Origin: Dehalococcoidia bacterium
GTDB lineage: Bacteria; Chloroflexota; Dehalococcoidia; UBA2979
DNA: 64,000 bases
NCBI GenBank assembly: GCA_963667465.2
Contig: CAXXDN010000002.1
Location: forward strand, 1,696,001 to 1,760,000
Direction of reading: 5' to 3'
The notes beneath the pieces are model-generated. The model made no database searches. It was not told where the DNA came from and saw nothing but the letters and a program-made list of their open reading frames with translations. How positions within the stretch are numbered: position 1 is the stretch's first letter; each line of letters starts with the position of its first letter. Made by a program: the position numbers and the translations under genes. This document shows positions 36,222 through 46,649 of the stretch, one piece after another.

Positions 36222-37022
36222 GTGGACATGACGAAGACGTTCGACCGTCTACGGGCAGAGCTCGACACCGTCCTCACAAGCGAGCGCGTCGCGCTTGACC
36301 GCTTGATCGCGCAGGTGGTGGACCCGACGGTGGATCCCGTAGCACTCGTGGGTGCGGCTGAGTCTCAGGCGCGCTTCGAGCGAATGCGCTCCAGGCTCGT
36401 CAAGGAGCTTCAAGAAGTCGCGAGTGAAAGTAGGCGGCGAGAGGAAGAACGCTCGACACGGCAGTTCGTGCTGCGGGCGCTCGAGACGATCGGATGCCCC
36501 CAGAATGCCGGCTTCCTTGAGGAGTACGTGTGGGCGAGCGAACGCGTTTCGCTGAATACACGTGGATTCGGTGCCCTGCGTCGTGACGAGCGTCGCGCCT
36601 GGGGACGCCACCCGGGCCATAGGCTCGCGTACATCGTTCCGTGCCTGGACGCGGAGGCACGGCCTCTAGCGAAATGGATGGCCCGTTCCGATTGGCCGCT
36701 CCAGGTTCGTATCGTAGTGGAGGGCGCTGGGGAGCTGTTCGAACTGAAGAGGCTCGCCTGCTTGCTTGAAGCCGAGCGGCGGGGTGACACGGGCAACGGG
36801 TATGACCCGTTCTTCCCACTTATCGAGAAGTATGGGGAGTCGATTCTCGACTGGGAGCCGGCCCGCGTGATGGAGCGACAACGCGGCGCTTGGCTCGCCG
36901 AGTTAAACGCGGAGGTCAATGCTCGCCTGGCGCACTTGGCCCTCCCTGTAGAGAGAGCACAATCCGCAGCCGCGGAGACACTTGAGGCCCTCTCGGAGGA
37001 CGACAAGCTGTGGGGGCAATGA
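36222..37022 (+). CDS. Hypothetical protein, first gene of helicase operon
   Basis: 266 aa; coiled N-terminus, LRRDERRAW...YIVPCL...SDWPL core; no function recognised. Confidence 0.75.
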   Translation: MDMTKTFDRLRAELDTVLTSERVALDRLIAQVVDPTVDPVALVGAAESQARFERMRSRLVKELQEVASESRRREEERSTRQFVLRALETIGCPQNAGFLEEYVWASERVSLNTRGFGALRRDERRAWGRHPGHRLAYIVPCLDAEARPLAKWMARSDWPLQVRIVVEGAGELFELKRLACLLEAERRGDTGNGYDPFFPLIEKYGESILDWEPARVMERQRGAWLAELNAEVNARLAHLALPVERAQSAAAETLEALSEDDKLWGQ

Positions 37023-37071
37023 TCCCGACCCTACCCGGGGATGGGCGCGATAGTGCGAATGGGGAGCAACG

Positions 37072-39224
37072 ATGACGGACCTCTCCTCGGCTGAGCGCCT
37101 GACGCTGCAGCAACTGCGGCTTCGCGAGTGGATCGGCAGATCGGCTCGAGGCGGAGACGCGCAGCTCTCAAGTCGTCCGGAGCCAGAGCGTGGGCGCGCC
37201 GCCGGCCTGCCTCAAGCCTGGCAGATGACACGGAAGCTGGGGCTGCACTCGTGGCAGGAATCCGCTTGCGAAGCGTGGTTCCGCGGGGATCGACGTGGCA
37301 CCATCAAGGTTGTCACAGGTGCGGGCAAGACCGTTGTTGCGCTGGCCATCATTGAACGTCTCCAGCGCCTCGATCCCGAACTTCGCGTCGCCATCGTCGT
37401 ACCCACCATCGTCTGATGAACCAGTGGTACGAGATGATACGTGAGCACTCGAACCTTCCGGAGCAGTCCGTCGGCCGCCTGGGAGGCGGCCAATTCGGCA
37501 CGTTTGACGAAGCGACACGGATCCTAATCGCCGTGCTCGCCTCCGCCCGGAAGAAAATGCCGCAACTGGTCGGTGAGGATTTGGGGCGGCACCTACTGCT
37601 CGTGGGGGACGAGTGTCACCGTGTCGGGGCGCCCGAGATGTCGCGCGTCCTCGACACGCGTCGGGCTTACTCCCTCGGTCTGTCCGCGACGCCAGAGCGT
37701 GGCGACGGCGAGGACGACGAGGGGACGGGCGCACACGTCGAATGGGCGCGCAACGGGTTCGGTCCGATCGTCTACGAGATGAGCTTCGCTCAGGCGCTCG
37801 ACCTCGACGTGCTTCCGCCCTTTGAGATTGACCACTATGGCCTGCCACTGACGGCGAGGGAGGTACACCAATACACCACGCTGAGCAACTCGATCACCGA
37901 AACGAGAAGGGATCTGCTCCACTCATCCGCCACAGCACGTAGGGCGGGCGGAGGAGAGCGCCTGCTGTCCTGGGCGCGACGGGTTGCGGCCCGGTCTGGT
38001 GATCTTGCTGGACTCGCGTCTCGGTTCGTGAACGATACAACCCGACGCAAACAGCTGTTGTACCGAGCGCAGGGCAGAAAGAGCGCAACGCTCGCTCTTG
38101 TGCGCGAGACTCTGGAAGCCCGTCCCGGTGCGCGCGTGATTCTGTTTCACGAGAGCATCGACGAGGTTGTCCGCCTCTTTGAGCTACTCGAGTCCGAAGA
38201 CGTGCCCGCGGTCATGGAACATAGCGAGCTCCCGGCGGAGTTGCGTGAGACCAGCCTGGAGCTCTTCCGAAGCGGTGCTGCGCAAGTGGTCGTATCGGCA
38301 CGTTCGCTCATCGAGGGATTCAACGTCCCCGAAGCAGATCTTGGGATCATCGTCGCCTCCTCGAGCTCACCACGCCAACGGATTCAGAGCATCGGTCGCG
38401 TCCTTCGGCGCCATCGCGGGCCCGAGGGCGAAGAAAAGACATCGCGGGTTTGTGTTCTCTACGTCCGGGACACGGTCGACGAGGCGATCTATGAGCGGGA
38501 AGACTGGAATAAGCTCATCGGCCTCGATCGAAATCGTTACTTCACGTGGGACCCCCCGGCGGAGGCAGTCGAACTCGGCGCACCACCCCGTGCTGCGATC
38601 CCGGCCGAAGGCGGCATCGACGCCGCCGCCCTCGCCCTCGGCGACGAGTGGCCCGGGCGGTACGACGGCGAAGAGTTCTCAAGCGATTCTCTCGGGAACG
38701 TCTCCTCCCTCGATGGGCGGATCGCGGTCAATCCTCAAGATGTCCCGGAAACAATCATCAAGCTGAAGGGGCAGCCAGGTCGATTCAAGGTTACGCCTCA
38801 GCAGCAACTCGTCCTGGTGCTCGTGCCAAGTCAGGGCGGCGGCTGGATCGTACGTTTCGGCGGACGCCTAGCGGAGCCATTCGATTTCGGCGCTAACCAT
38901 GCGCCGGCTCGCGTCGACGCTAGCGGATTGTATCCGGGCGATCTGTATGACGGTCCACTAGAGCCGGCGCAGGAACTCAGATTCCGCAGGCGCCGAGCGG
39001 GCGTTGTCGCGATGCGCCGTCCTCGCGGGGGCGAGGTGTTCGCCTCTGGCGATCAGGCTGAGACGCTCGTCGATATCCTGAGGCGGCTCAATCGCACCCA
39101 TGGTCCGATATCGAAGTTCTTCGTTAACGAGCTCGGACACGCATTCTGGCGCGAGAAGGGCACCGCGCGCTTCATCATCGCGGAAGCAGGGAACCTGTTC
39201 CCAGTTGAGGAGCACGCCCCATGA
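37072..39224 (+). CDS. SF2 (ResIII/XPB-like) helicase with C-terminal repeat domains; split by 1-nt frameshift at ~37413
   Basis: Motif I VTGAGKT and Ia VVPT in 37072-37416; DECH, SAT, LIEGFNVP, QSIGRVLR in 37416-39224. ATCGTCTGATG would read IVLM with one extra C. Confidence 0.85.
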
Positions 39225-39919
39225 CTCCGTTCGCAGTCGCCCCGGTGACGCCGCACCTATGGTCGGGACGCTACGCGAGGATCCCGGGGGAGACCACCGC
39301 CTTCCACGTGCGGCTCGTCGATGACCTGTGGTGGCCAGTTGTCGAGTGGGCGTTCGACGGCATGATTGCTGAGTGTCCGATGGTTGACTCGGCCGGCGCC
39401 GCTGCACTCGCCTCCGCCGTCAACCGGGGAAAGGCATTCCTCGGCGGAGGACAAGGTGGCTCTTTCCTCATCAACGAGTACGGACAGATCCTCGTCCCGG
39501 CACCGACTCCGGGCGACCCGCGTGTCGCGATCGTGGCCGAATGCACGGGGCCGCTGGAATTCATGAACAACGCAGTCGGCTACGGGACTTTTGATCTCGC
39601 AGACAACTCTGTTCTGAGTGCTGGCGACGTCTGGAATCGCCCGTACGTCGGCGTGCCGCACCACCTGAGTCGTCGGAGCGAGCTCTACTTCTGGGGGGTT
39701 GGTGAAGGTGGGGGCGGGAAGCTCCTTCCACGGGCTCAGGACAGCGAACTGATCAGTGCACTACGCCACCTCCGAGGACATGGCGCTGTCCGCTTCCTGG
39801 CCGCCTATGGCGGGTTCGTGTTAACGAAGGTCCCGGTCGGAAGCTGGCCGTACGAGCGCTGGGAACCGCGCTATGTCGGTCGCATCGAATTCAGGCAGTG
39901 GTTCTTGAAGGAGGGCTGA
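39221..39919 (+). CDS. Two-repeat protein of unknown family
   Basis: GGSFLINEYGQILVP, LSAGDVWNRPYVG, RYVGRI; ATGA-coupled to the helicase. Confidence 0.8.
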   Translation: MTPFAVAPVTPHLWSGRYARIPGETTAFHVRLVDDLWWPVVEWAFDGMIAECPMVDSAGAAALASAVNRGKAFLGGGQGGSFLINEYGQILVPAPTPGDPRVAIVAECTGPLEFMNNAVGYGTFDLADNSVLSAGDVWNRPYVGVPHHLSRRSELYFWGVGEGGGGKLLPRAQDSELISALRHLRGHGAVRFLAAYGGFVLTKVPVGSWPYERWEPRYVGRIEFRQWFLKEG

Positions 39920-39920
39920 G

Positions 39921-40595
39921 ATGAGCGCATTCCCAGTGTTCGGGGGAAACTGGCCACGGAACGTCAATCGCGACGCGAAGTACGCCGTCCGGACGATCGA
40001 GGGTCGTCCGGTTGTCGCGCTCCGCTACCTGAGCGGAGACGGGGAGGAATGGCTCGCGACCACCAAGAGCCACCCCGATCTCGTGGAGATGGTGAACGCC
40101 GTCAAGACGTCTATGGGTGAAGGGCCAAACGGCCCGTTCTACGTCAACGAGTACGGCCAAGTCATCGTCCCGGTCGTAGACGGCACCTACTACGTCGCCG
40201 GTGACTATGACATGCCCCTTCGATTCGAGTTCGAGGGAACGACGCTCTCAGGCGAGGGTGTCGACCTGGCAGGACGGCCTCTCTCGCCCGGAGACATTTG
40301 GGACGGGCCTCACCCCGGAATCCCCTACATCCTGAAGGCTGGGGGCGGGGATGTGTACTACCGGACACAACTGCGGCCGAACGTGACCAGGAACGTCACG
40401 CTGAGTTCAATGGTCGGGATGGCTGCGGCGCGCGCCTTTGCAGACCGCACTCAGGCCGTGAAGGGTTGGCAGGGCGGACGCTTCTATGTCAACGAGTGGC
40501 ACGAGCTCTTCGCCCCGGTCGACCACGGCAACGGGCTCACCTACGTCTACATCGGGCACCTCGACCAGAACGAACCTTGGTACCCAAGGCCATAA
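39921..40595 (+). CDS. Two-repeat protein of unknown family (paralog of previous gene)
   Basis: GPFYVNEYGQVIVP, LSPGDIWDGPHPG, GGRFYVNEWHELFAP, YIGHL; GGAGG RBS. Confidence 0.8.
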   Translation: MSAFPVFGGNWPRNVNRDAKYAVRTIEGRPVVALRYLSGDGEEWLATTKSHPDLVEMVNAVKTSMGEGPNGPFYVNEYGQVIVPVVDGTYYVAGDYDMPLRFEFEGTTLSGEGVDLAGRPLSPGDIWDGPHPGIPYILKAGGGDVYYRTQLRPNVTRNVTLSSMVGMAAARAFADRTQAVKGWQGGRFYVNEWHELFAPVDHGNGLTYVYIGHLDQNEPWYPRP

Positions 40596-40824
40596 GTACA
40601 AGCTTGACCCGCGCCGAAGCGGCCGATCGGCGTAGCTTGGTCACTCGGGAGGCTGCCGCGACGGACGTTCTGGACCTCTCCTCGCTGATTGTGCGCGGGG
40701 CGAGGTCAATCGTTTGTCTGGTCCCCTGTCGCTGGGCGCTGGACCACGAGATAGTGAGTCTCATCATTGTCGGGCGCAGGCCGTTCCAAAGACCGTCGTC
40801 CCGACTCCAGGCAAGTGGGGAAGA

Positions 40825-41007
40825 ATGCTAGAGTCAGTCCTGCGCCGCACGGCTGAGAAGCTCGCCGCGTCGGGTGTGCTCGACGTCGCTGAAGTTGCAC
40901 ACGTGATGAAAGCGCTCGCCGCCGGCCACCTCAGGTCTATCGCCGAGCTGAGCGCGTTGATCGAGGAGCCCGCGGATACAGCCGAGGCCCAAAGCGATGA
41001 AGATTAG
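40825..41007 (+). CDS. Small hypothetical protein overlapping ATPase start
   Basis: 60 aa helical-looking ORF with 11-nt overlap into the next gene. Confidence 0.55.
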   Translation: MLESVLRRTAEKLAASGVLDVAEVAHVMKALAAGHLRSIAELSALIEEPADTAEAQSDED

Positions 41008-43435
41008 CTCGCTGACCATCACTGACTTCCGCGGCATTCGCCACCTCTCGATCCCGCTCGAGGGACGAAGCGCCGTAATCTGGGGTGATAACGGGGTCGG
41101 GAAGAGCGGGGTCGTCGACGCCGTGGACTTCCTCTTGCGCGGCGATGTAACGAGACTGTCCGGGCGCGGTGCGGGCGGACTGTCGCTCCTGCGGCACGGC
41201 CCACACGTCCGCACAAAACCGGAGCACGCCCGGGTCGACGCCGAGGTGATCCTGGACGATGGCGCAACACACCAAGTCAGCCGCTCGGTATCTCAACCCA
41301 ACGCGCTCGTAGCTGATCCGGCAGTCTCTCCAGAGTTCCTCCGCGTGTCAGGCCGCGGACAACACCTTCTGACTCGCCGAGATATCTTGTCCGTAGTCAC
41401 CGTTCCTCCAGGCGACCGCGGTGCCCAAATCAACGAACTCCTCAACCTGTCACCGATCGAGCAGGTCCGCAAGCAGCTTGTCACCTTGCGGAACGCCGGC
41501 AAGACCGCTGACACCGCGGCAAGCGATCGAGTCGCGCAGCAGCGCATGCGCCTGGCGGCGATATCACACGTTCCGGCTTACGACCATGACGCCATCGTTG
41601 GGGCCATCAATGAACAACGCCAACTGCTTGCCCTCGAACCGATCGCCACTCTCGATGATGATGCCGCGGCAGGGGCTCCTCCAACGCGACCACTCGACGA
41701 AGCTGCCGCAAGGCGGGTTACCGCGCGCACGGCAGTAAGCACTCTTGCAGAGCTACTCGTCGACTCTCAACTACTCGCGGACGTCCGGCGCGACTTCCAG
41801 GACGCGTGTGAAGCATCCGACAGCCTCATGGCAATCGTCGACCACGAGCGAATCCTGTCTCTCGCGGCCGTGGTGGACGGGGGGATATCGCTCCTTGACG
41901 GGACCGGCATGTGCCCACTTTGCGACACACAGTGGGACGCGGGACGCCTCGCCGACCACCTCAACCGGAAGCATGACACGACCCGCACAGTGCGAGAAGC
42001 TAAGCAGAAGATCGCAGATGCCGCCGAGCGCCTGCGCACACGCTTAAATGGCGTTGCAGCGCGTACGTCAGCTGCTCTCGATGCTGTGGCCGAAATGGAT
42101 CCCGCGGTCTTACCCCAATGGTTCTCCGAATGGAACAGGACACTTGGCCAAACGGTGGCGGCGTTGGCCGATCCCATTGACGCGCTTTCAACCGTTGAGC
42201 AGCGCGTAGTGATTGCTGCGGCGATAGTGCCCGACGAATCGTTGGCGCAGCGCTTCGCTGACTTCGCCGCCGCCATTCCGATAGAACAGGAGCCGCAGGC
42301 CCGCACTCAGGCACGCGAGCAACTGATCCGGACTGATCAAGAAGTCCGGAATCTCCGGGATGCCGAGACGGAGACAAGTGCTGCTCGGCGGCTTGCCACG
42401 AGTGCAACACTACTACACGACAGCTTCCTTGCGTCGCGCGATGAGGTACTGCACGAACTCTACGATGCAGTTCGGGATCGGTTCGTCGAGCTCTACCGCT
42501 TCCTTCACCCAGAGGAAGCAGAATCCTTCGCCGCCGACCTCGGGCCGGACCAACGCGGGGGAGTCGACCTCGCTGTCGACTTCCACGCGGTGGGACGGTA
42601 TTCCCCTAACGCCGTCCACAGCGAAGGCCACCAAGACAGCATGGGGCTATGCCTCTTCCTCGCGCTTGCGGAAGTCCTCACCGGTGGCGCTGCCCCTGAC
42701 CTACTCTTGCTCGACGATGTCGTCATGTCCGTTGACATGGATCACCGGGCCAAGGTCGCGGAGCTGCTGAAGGTCCACTTTCCAACCACCCAGTTCATCC
42801 TCACCACTCACGATCGCGCGTGGGCGAGCTACCTCCAGTCATCCGGCGTCATTCGCCCTGCTGATCGATGGGAGTTCCGTACATGGAATCTAGAGAGCGG
42901 ACCGTCCGTAGGCAGGGCGGTGGATGTTTGGACTCGAATCGAAAGCCAGCTCGATGACGCAGACGTGCCCGCAGCAGCCGAGACCCTGCGCCGCCATGTC
43001 GAAGAAACACTCTTCAACGTCTGCGATGCGATTCGTGCACCGGTTCGCCTGCGCGCAACCGCCCAGTACCAAGCTGGGGATCTCGCTGGACCAGCGTTTG
43101 AGACACTCAAGACGCTGATCACGAAAGGCATCCGTCGAGCGCAAGACTTGAATAACGTCTCGGCGATTCAGCGGCTTGAGGATCGCCAAGCCGCGCGCGC
43201 TCGTGCGCACACTGAGATGAAGATTCACGAGTGGTCCGTCAACGCCCAGATACACTGGAACGAACTCTTGCGCTTGTCGGCAGCGGAATTCCGGCTCGTT
43301 ACCGCCACCTATCGAGAAGCGCTAGCACTCTTTGGGTGCGAGCTTTGCCACAGTCCCATCCATTTGCTTGTTGACGGAGGAGGCCGGCCAAGCGCCGTCC
43401 AGTGTCACTGCGCGAGCGTCGCTTGGGCCCTGTAG
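40997..43435 (+). CDS. Rad50/SMC-like ABC ATPase with zinc hook and possible HEPN-like C-terminus
   Basis: Walker A GDNGVGKS, hook CPLC, signature HSEGH, Walker B LLLLDD, LTTHD; C-terminal LRRHVEE...VNAQIH and CELC...CHC. Confidence 0.85.
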   Translation: MKISSLTITDFRGIRHLSIPLEGRSAVIWGDNGVGKSGVVDAVDFLLRGDVTRLSGRGAGGLSLLRHGPHVRTKPEHARVDAEVILDDGATHQVSRSVSQPNALVADPAVSPEFLRVSGRGQHLLTRRDILSVVTVPPGDRGAQINELLNLSPIEQVRKQLVTLRNAGKTADTAASDRVAQQRMRLAAISHVPAYDHDAIVGAINEQRQLLALEPIATLDDDAAAGAPPTRPLDEAAARRVTARTAVSTLAELLVDSQLLADVRRDFQDACEASDSLMAIVDHERILSLAAVVDGGISLLDGTGMCPLCDTQWDAGRLADHLNRKHDTTRTVREAKQKIADAAERLRTRLNGVAARTSAALDAVAEMDPAVLPQWFSEWNRTLGQTVAALADPIDALSTVEQRVVIAAAIVPDESLAQRFADFAAAIPIEQEPQARTQAREQLIRTDQEVRNLRDAETETSAARRLATSATLLHDSFLASRDEVLHELYDAVRDRFVELYRFLHPEEAESFAADLGPDQRGGVDLAVDFHAVGRYSPNAVHSEGHQDSMGLCLFLALAEVLTGGAAPDLLLLDDVVMSVDMDHRAKVAELLKVHFPTTQFILTTHDRAWASYLQSSGVIRPADRWEFRTWNLESGPSVGRAVDVWTRIESQLDDADVPAAAETLRRHVEETLFNVCDAIRAPVRLRATAQYQAGDLAGPAFETLKTLITKGIRRAQDLNNVSAIQRLEDRQAARARAHTEMKIHEWSVNAQIHWNELLRLSAAEFRLVTATYREALALFGCELCHSPIHLLVDGGGRPSAVQCHCASVAWAL

Positions 43436-43487
43436 GCCGTGCCTGCGTCGCTGAGCATCAAGCCTGTGCCTGCGGTGAGGGGGCAAC

Positions 43488-43625
43488 GTGCCTGTGTGCG
43501 GCGGACGACGCGGCGCGATTCAGGCGCCACGCCTGCTCGTCGACGCGCTCCCGGAGGCGCGCATCCTGCCTACGTCCGTCGCCGGTGACCTGATCGGCGG
43601 CTCGCTACGGGCGACGAGCAGGCTG
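43488..43625 (+). pseudogene. Fic internal relic
   Basis: DNA similarity to ~33685-33880 of intact fic (RLL.D.LPEA..L..SVA.DLIG.S.RATS). Confidence 0.65.
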
Positions 43626-43996
43626 ACCTGACCCCTCGTGCGCAAGGCCGGGCTGGTACGTTCCCGCGACCTCGAGTCGGCGGGCGTTCCAGGAGGCTCC
43701 CTCGCGCAGCTGGCACGCAGAGGTCTGCTGGAGAGGCTCGGCCGTGGCCTGTATGCGCTGCCCGATGCCGCACCAAATGAGCACCGCTCGCTCGCGGAGG
43801 TCTCGAAGCGGACGCCACGAGGGGTTGTCTGCCTGCTCTCGGCGCTGCGGTCCATGGTCTCACTACGCAGGCGCCGGCCGAGGTCTGGCTGTCAACAGCG
43901 CTCGGAAAGTGATCCAGGTCAGCGGCCGGATGGTGATCCACTCCGGTGCGATGATCCCTGCTGGCGTTCCTGGTGCTGATTCCTTCGTGGATCAGG

Positions 43997-44747
43997 TCAG
44001 GTCTGTGTTCTGTGGCGGGTCCGGTAGGAAGCGCCGCGCGTCGTGAGGATCTGAGCGTGGTGCCCGAGGCGGTCGAGCAACGCCGTGGTGAGCTTCTCGT
44101 CGCCGAAGACCTGCACCCACTCGCTGAAGGCGAGGTTGGTGGTGACGATCGTCGAGCGCCGCTCGTAGCGGTCGGCGAGGAGGTTGAAAGAGGAGCTCTC
44201 CGCCGGCGCGCTCGAAGGGCACGAAGCCGAGCTCGTCGACGATCAGCAGCGCCACACGCAGGTAGCGCTGGTGCAGCCGCGAGAGCGTGAGCTCGTCGCG
44301 CGCCTCGACCAGCTCGCGCACGAGGTCGGCCGCGCGCACGAAGGCGACGCGGTGGCGGCGGCGGGCGGCCTCGACGCCGAGCGCGATCGCGAGGTGCGTC
44401 TTGCCGGTGCCGATCGGCCCGGCGATGACGATGTCCTCGGCGCGCTCGATGTACTCGCAGGCGGCAAGCTGGGCGAGCTGCGGCCGTGCGACGCCCTGCA
44501 AGGCATCCCAGTCGAGCTGCTCGAAGGTCTTGAGGTCGGGGAAGCGCGCCTGGCGCAGCAGGCGCGCCACGGCGCTGTCGCGGCGGGCCAGCACCTCGGC
44601 CTCGAGCAGCTGCACGAGGAACTCCTCGTAGTCCCAGCCGTGCTGCGTCGCCTCGCGCACGAGCTCGGGGTAGGAGCGGCGCACCGTGGGCAGCTTCAGC
44701 TCCCGGCAGTGCGCCTCGATGACGGCCGCGCGCGCCACCTCGCTCAC
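43997..44747 (-). pseudogene. istB: IstB ATPase with +1 frameshift near 44188
   Basis: GPIGTGKTH and LLIVDELGF; C-terminus [18 protein letters not shown]...ALLDRL lies in another frame. Confidence 0.9.
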
Positions 44748-46204
44748 GGCGCCGCCGCAACGAGCAGCCGGTCGTAGACGGAGGCCGGAGTGCGCTCGAC
44801 CTCGTAGCCGCGCAGCGCCTCGGGCACCGTCACCGCCGCCTGGGCCTGCGCCGCAGCGAACAGGCGCTGCACGGCGAGCTCGTCGAATGACCCGCCGGCG
44901 AGCGCCTGCTCCAGCACCTCGCGCACCCGCTGCTCGCCGTGCTCGTCCACGGACCGCAGCAGCCGCGCGAGGGTGCGCGCCCCCTCCTGGGCGCCCTGCT
45001 CGCGCTCCAGTCGCGTCCAGAGCCGCCCGAAGGGCTCGCCCAGCGCCGCGACCAGCTCGGGCGCCACCTGCCGCACCGCCTGGGGCTTGCGCGCCAGCTC
45101 GGCGAGGTAGTGCCGGTAGTCCACCCGGCGGCCGCCGAAGCGCTGCCGCGGGTGTACGACCTCCTCGCCGCGGCAGCGCAGCGTCAGCTCGTCGGTGCCG
45201 ATCAGCGCCGTTGCCCGCAGGCCCGCCCAGCGGCTCGGCGCCGAGTACCAGGCCCCCTCGACGCGCACCAGCGCACTGCGGCTCACCGCGACATCCCGCA
45301 CCCGCCGCGCCTCGAACGCGACAGCGGGCTCGGGGCGCAGCAGTGGCCCTTCCTCGGCGAAGCGCTCGCGCACCCGCGGCGCGGCGTGGCGGTCGACCTC
45401 CCCCTGCAGCAAGTCCGAGAGCGCGGCCAGCGAGTCGCCGCGCGGGATCGGCGTGAGGTGCTGCAGCCGCACACCCCTGCCGCGCGCCTCGACCCCGCCC
45501 TTGTCGTGGCCCTCGCCGGGCCGCGCGAAGCAGGGCTCGTACAGGTAGTGGCTGACCAGCGCCTCAAAGCGCTCGGTGAGCCGGCGCCTGGGGAACTGCA
45601 CGCGCTGTACCGCCGCTGCGAGGTTGTCGTAGACGATGCGCGCGGGCACCCCGCCGAAGTGGGCGAACGCCCGTACGTGGCCGTCGAGGAAGGCGATCTG
45701 GTCCTGGCGGTCGTAGAGCCGGACGAAGTCGCGGCCCGAGTACATCAGCCGCATGAGGAACTTCCAGGCCTTGCGGCGCTCGCCGCCCACCTCGACGGTG
45801 ACCTCGAAGAAGTCGACCTGGGCCTCGTCGCCCGGGCGGTGCACCAGCGGTACGAAGACCTCGGCGCGCTGCCGTCGCCACTCCCGCAGGTAGCCGCGCA
45901 CCAGCGTCACCCCGACCTCGTAGCCCTCCTCGCACAGCTGGCGGTGCAGCCTGGTCGCCGTCAGCCGCTGCTTCGGCGTCGTGCGCCCCGACCACTCCTC
46001 CAGCAGCTCGTCGAGTCGCGGCTGCACCCGTTCGAGCACCGGCTTCCTGCGTGGCTCGCGCTCGACCCGCACCGGCTCGGCCAGCGTCAGGTAGCGCCGC
46101 ACGGTGTTGCGGCTGATGCCCAGCTCCCGGGCGACCTGCCGCCGGCTCAGCCCCTCGACCAGCACCTTGTGCCGCAGCACGTGCACGTCTTGCACTCGGA
46201 GCAT
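44744..46204 (-). CDS. istA: IstA DDE transposase
   Basis: HTH VARELGISRNTVRRY, AQVDF, IVYDN, DKGGVE. Confidence 0.95.
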   Translation of the reverse strand: MLRVQDVHVLRHKVLVEGLSRRQVARELGISRNTVRRYLTLAEPVRVEREPRRKPVLERVQPRLDELLEEWSGRTTPKQRLTATRLHRQLCEEGYEVGVTLVRGYLREWRRQRAEVFVPLVHRPGDEAQVDFFEVTVEVGGERRKAWKFLMRLMYSGRDFVRLYDRQDQIAFLDGHVRAFAHFGGVPARIVYDNLAAAVQRVQFPRRRLTERFEALVSHYLYEPCFARPGEGHDKGGVEARGRGVRLQHLTPIPRGDSLAALSDLLQGEVDRHAAPRVRERFAEEGPLLRPEPAVAFEARRVRDVAVSRSALVRVEGAWYSAPSRWAGLRATALIGTDELTLRCRGEEVVHPRQRFGGRRVDYRHYLAELARKPQAVRQVAPELVAALGEPFGRLWTRLEREQGAQEGARTLARLLRSVDEHGEQRVREVLEQALAGGSFDELAVQRLFAAAQAQAAVTVPEALRGYEVERTPASVYDRLLVAAAP

Positions 46205-46649
46205 CCCTTCCCCCAGCCCTCCGCGGCCCCGCCGCTGGAGATGCTGGGACACGCCCCGAGGTGGATCACCATCCGAGCGCTGTTTGGATCAGTTTCCGAG
46301 CGATGACTTCAGCTGGCTGGCGATCGGCCCAAAGGATCGGGCCCCGAGGGAGCACAGCGTGCACCTGCGGATCGTGCGCGTCTCGGGCGAGGCGCGCGAC
46401 GCCGGCGTCGAAACCCACGTCGTCGAGGGAGTGCCCGTGCGCCTCTTACGCCGCAGCGAAGACCGTGGCGGATTGCTTCAAGTTCAGGAACAAGATCGGC
46501 ACGGACATCGCTGTCGAGGCGCTGCGCGACTGCCTCGGTCAGCGCCGCTGCACCGCCGACGAGATCTTCGAGTACGCACGCGTGTGCCGCGTCTCCCGCG
46601 TGATGCGCCCCTACATGGAGGCGCTCGCCTGAGTCCAGAGCGTTCGCCG

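Larger units (their letters stand above)
43890..46311 (-). mobile_element. IS21-family insertion sequence
   Basis: Terminal IRs TGTCAACAGCGCTCGGAAAGTGATCCA / TGAAGTCATCGCTCGGAAACTGATCCA, subterminal repeats, CTGGC duplication (43885-89, 46313-17), istA-istB pair. Confidence 0.95.
43638..46632 (+). pseudogene. Second copy of orphan AbiEi, interrupted by IS21
   Basis: 43638-43889 and 46313-46632 closely match the two halves of 27318-27920, with extra indels. Confidence 0.9.

Noticed and set aside
43898-43960. Short tandem TGATCC-containing repeats as a separate regulatory array
   Set aside because: They are the expected subterminal transposase-binding repeats of the IS21 end, mirrored at 46261-46311.
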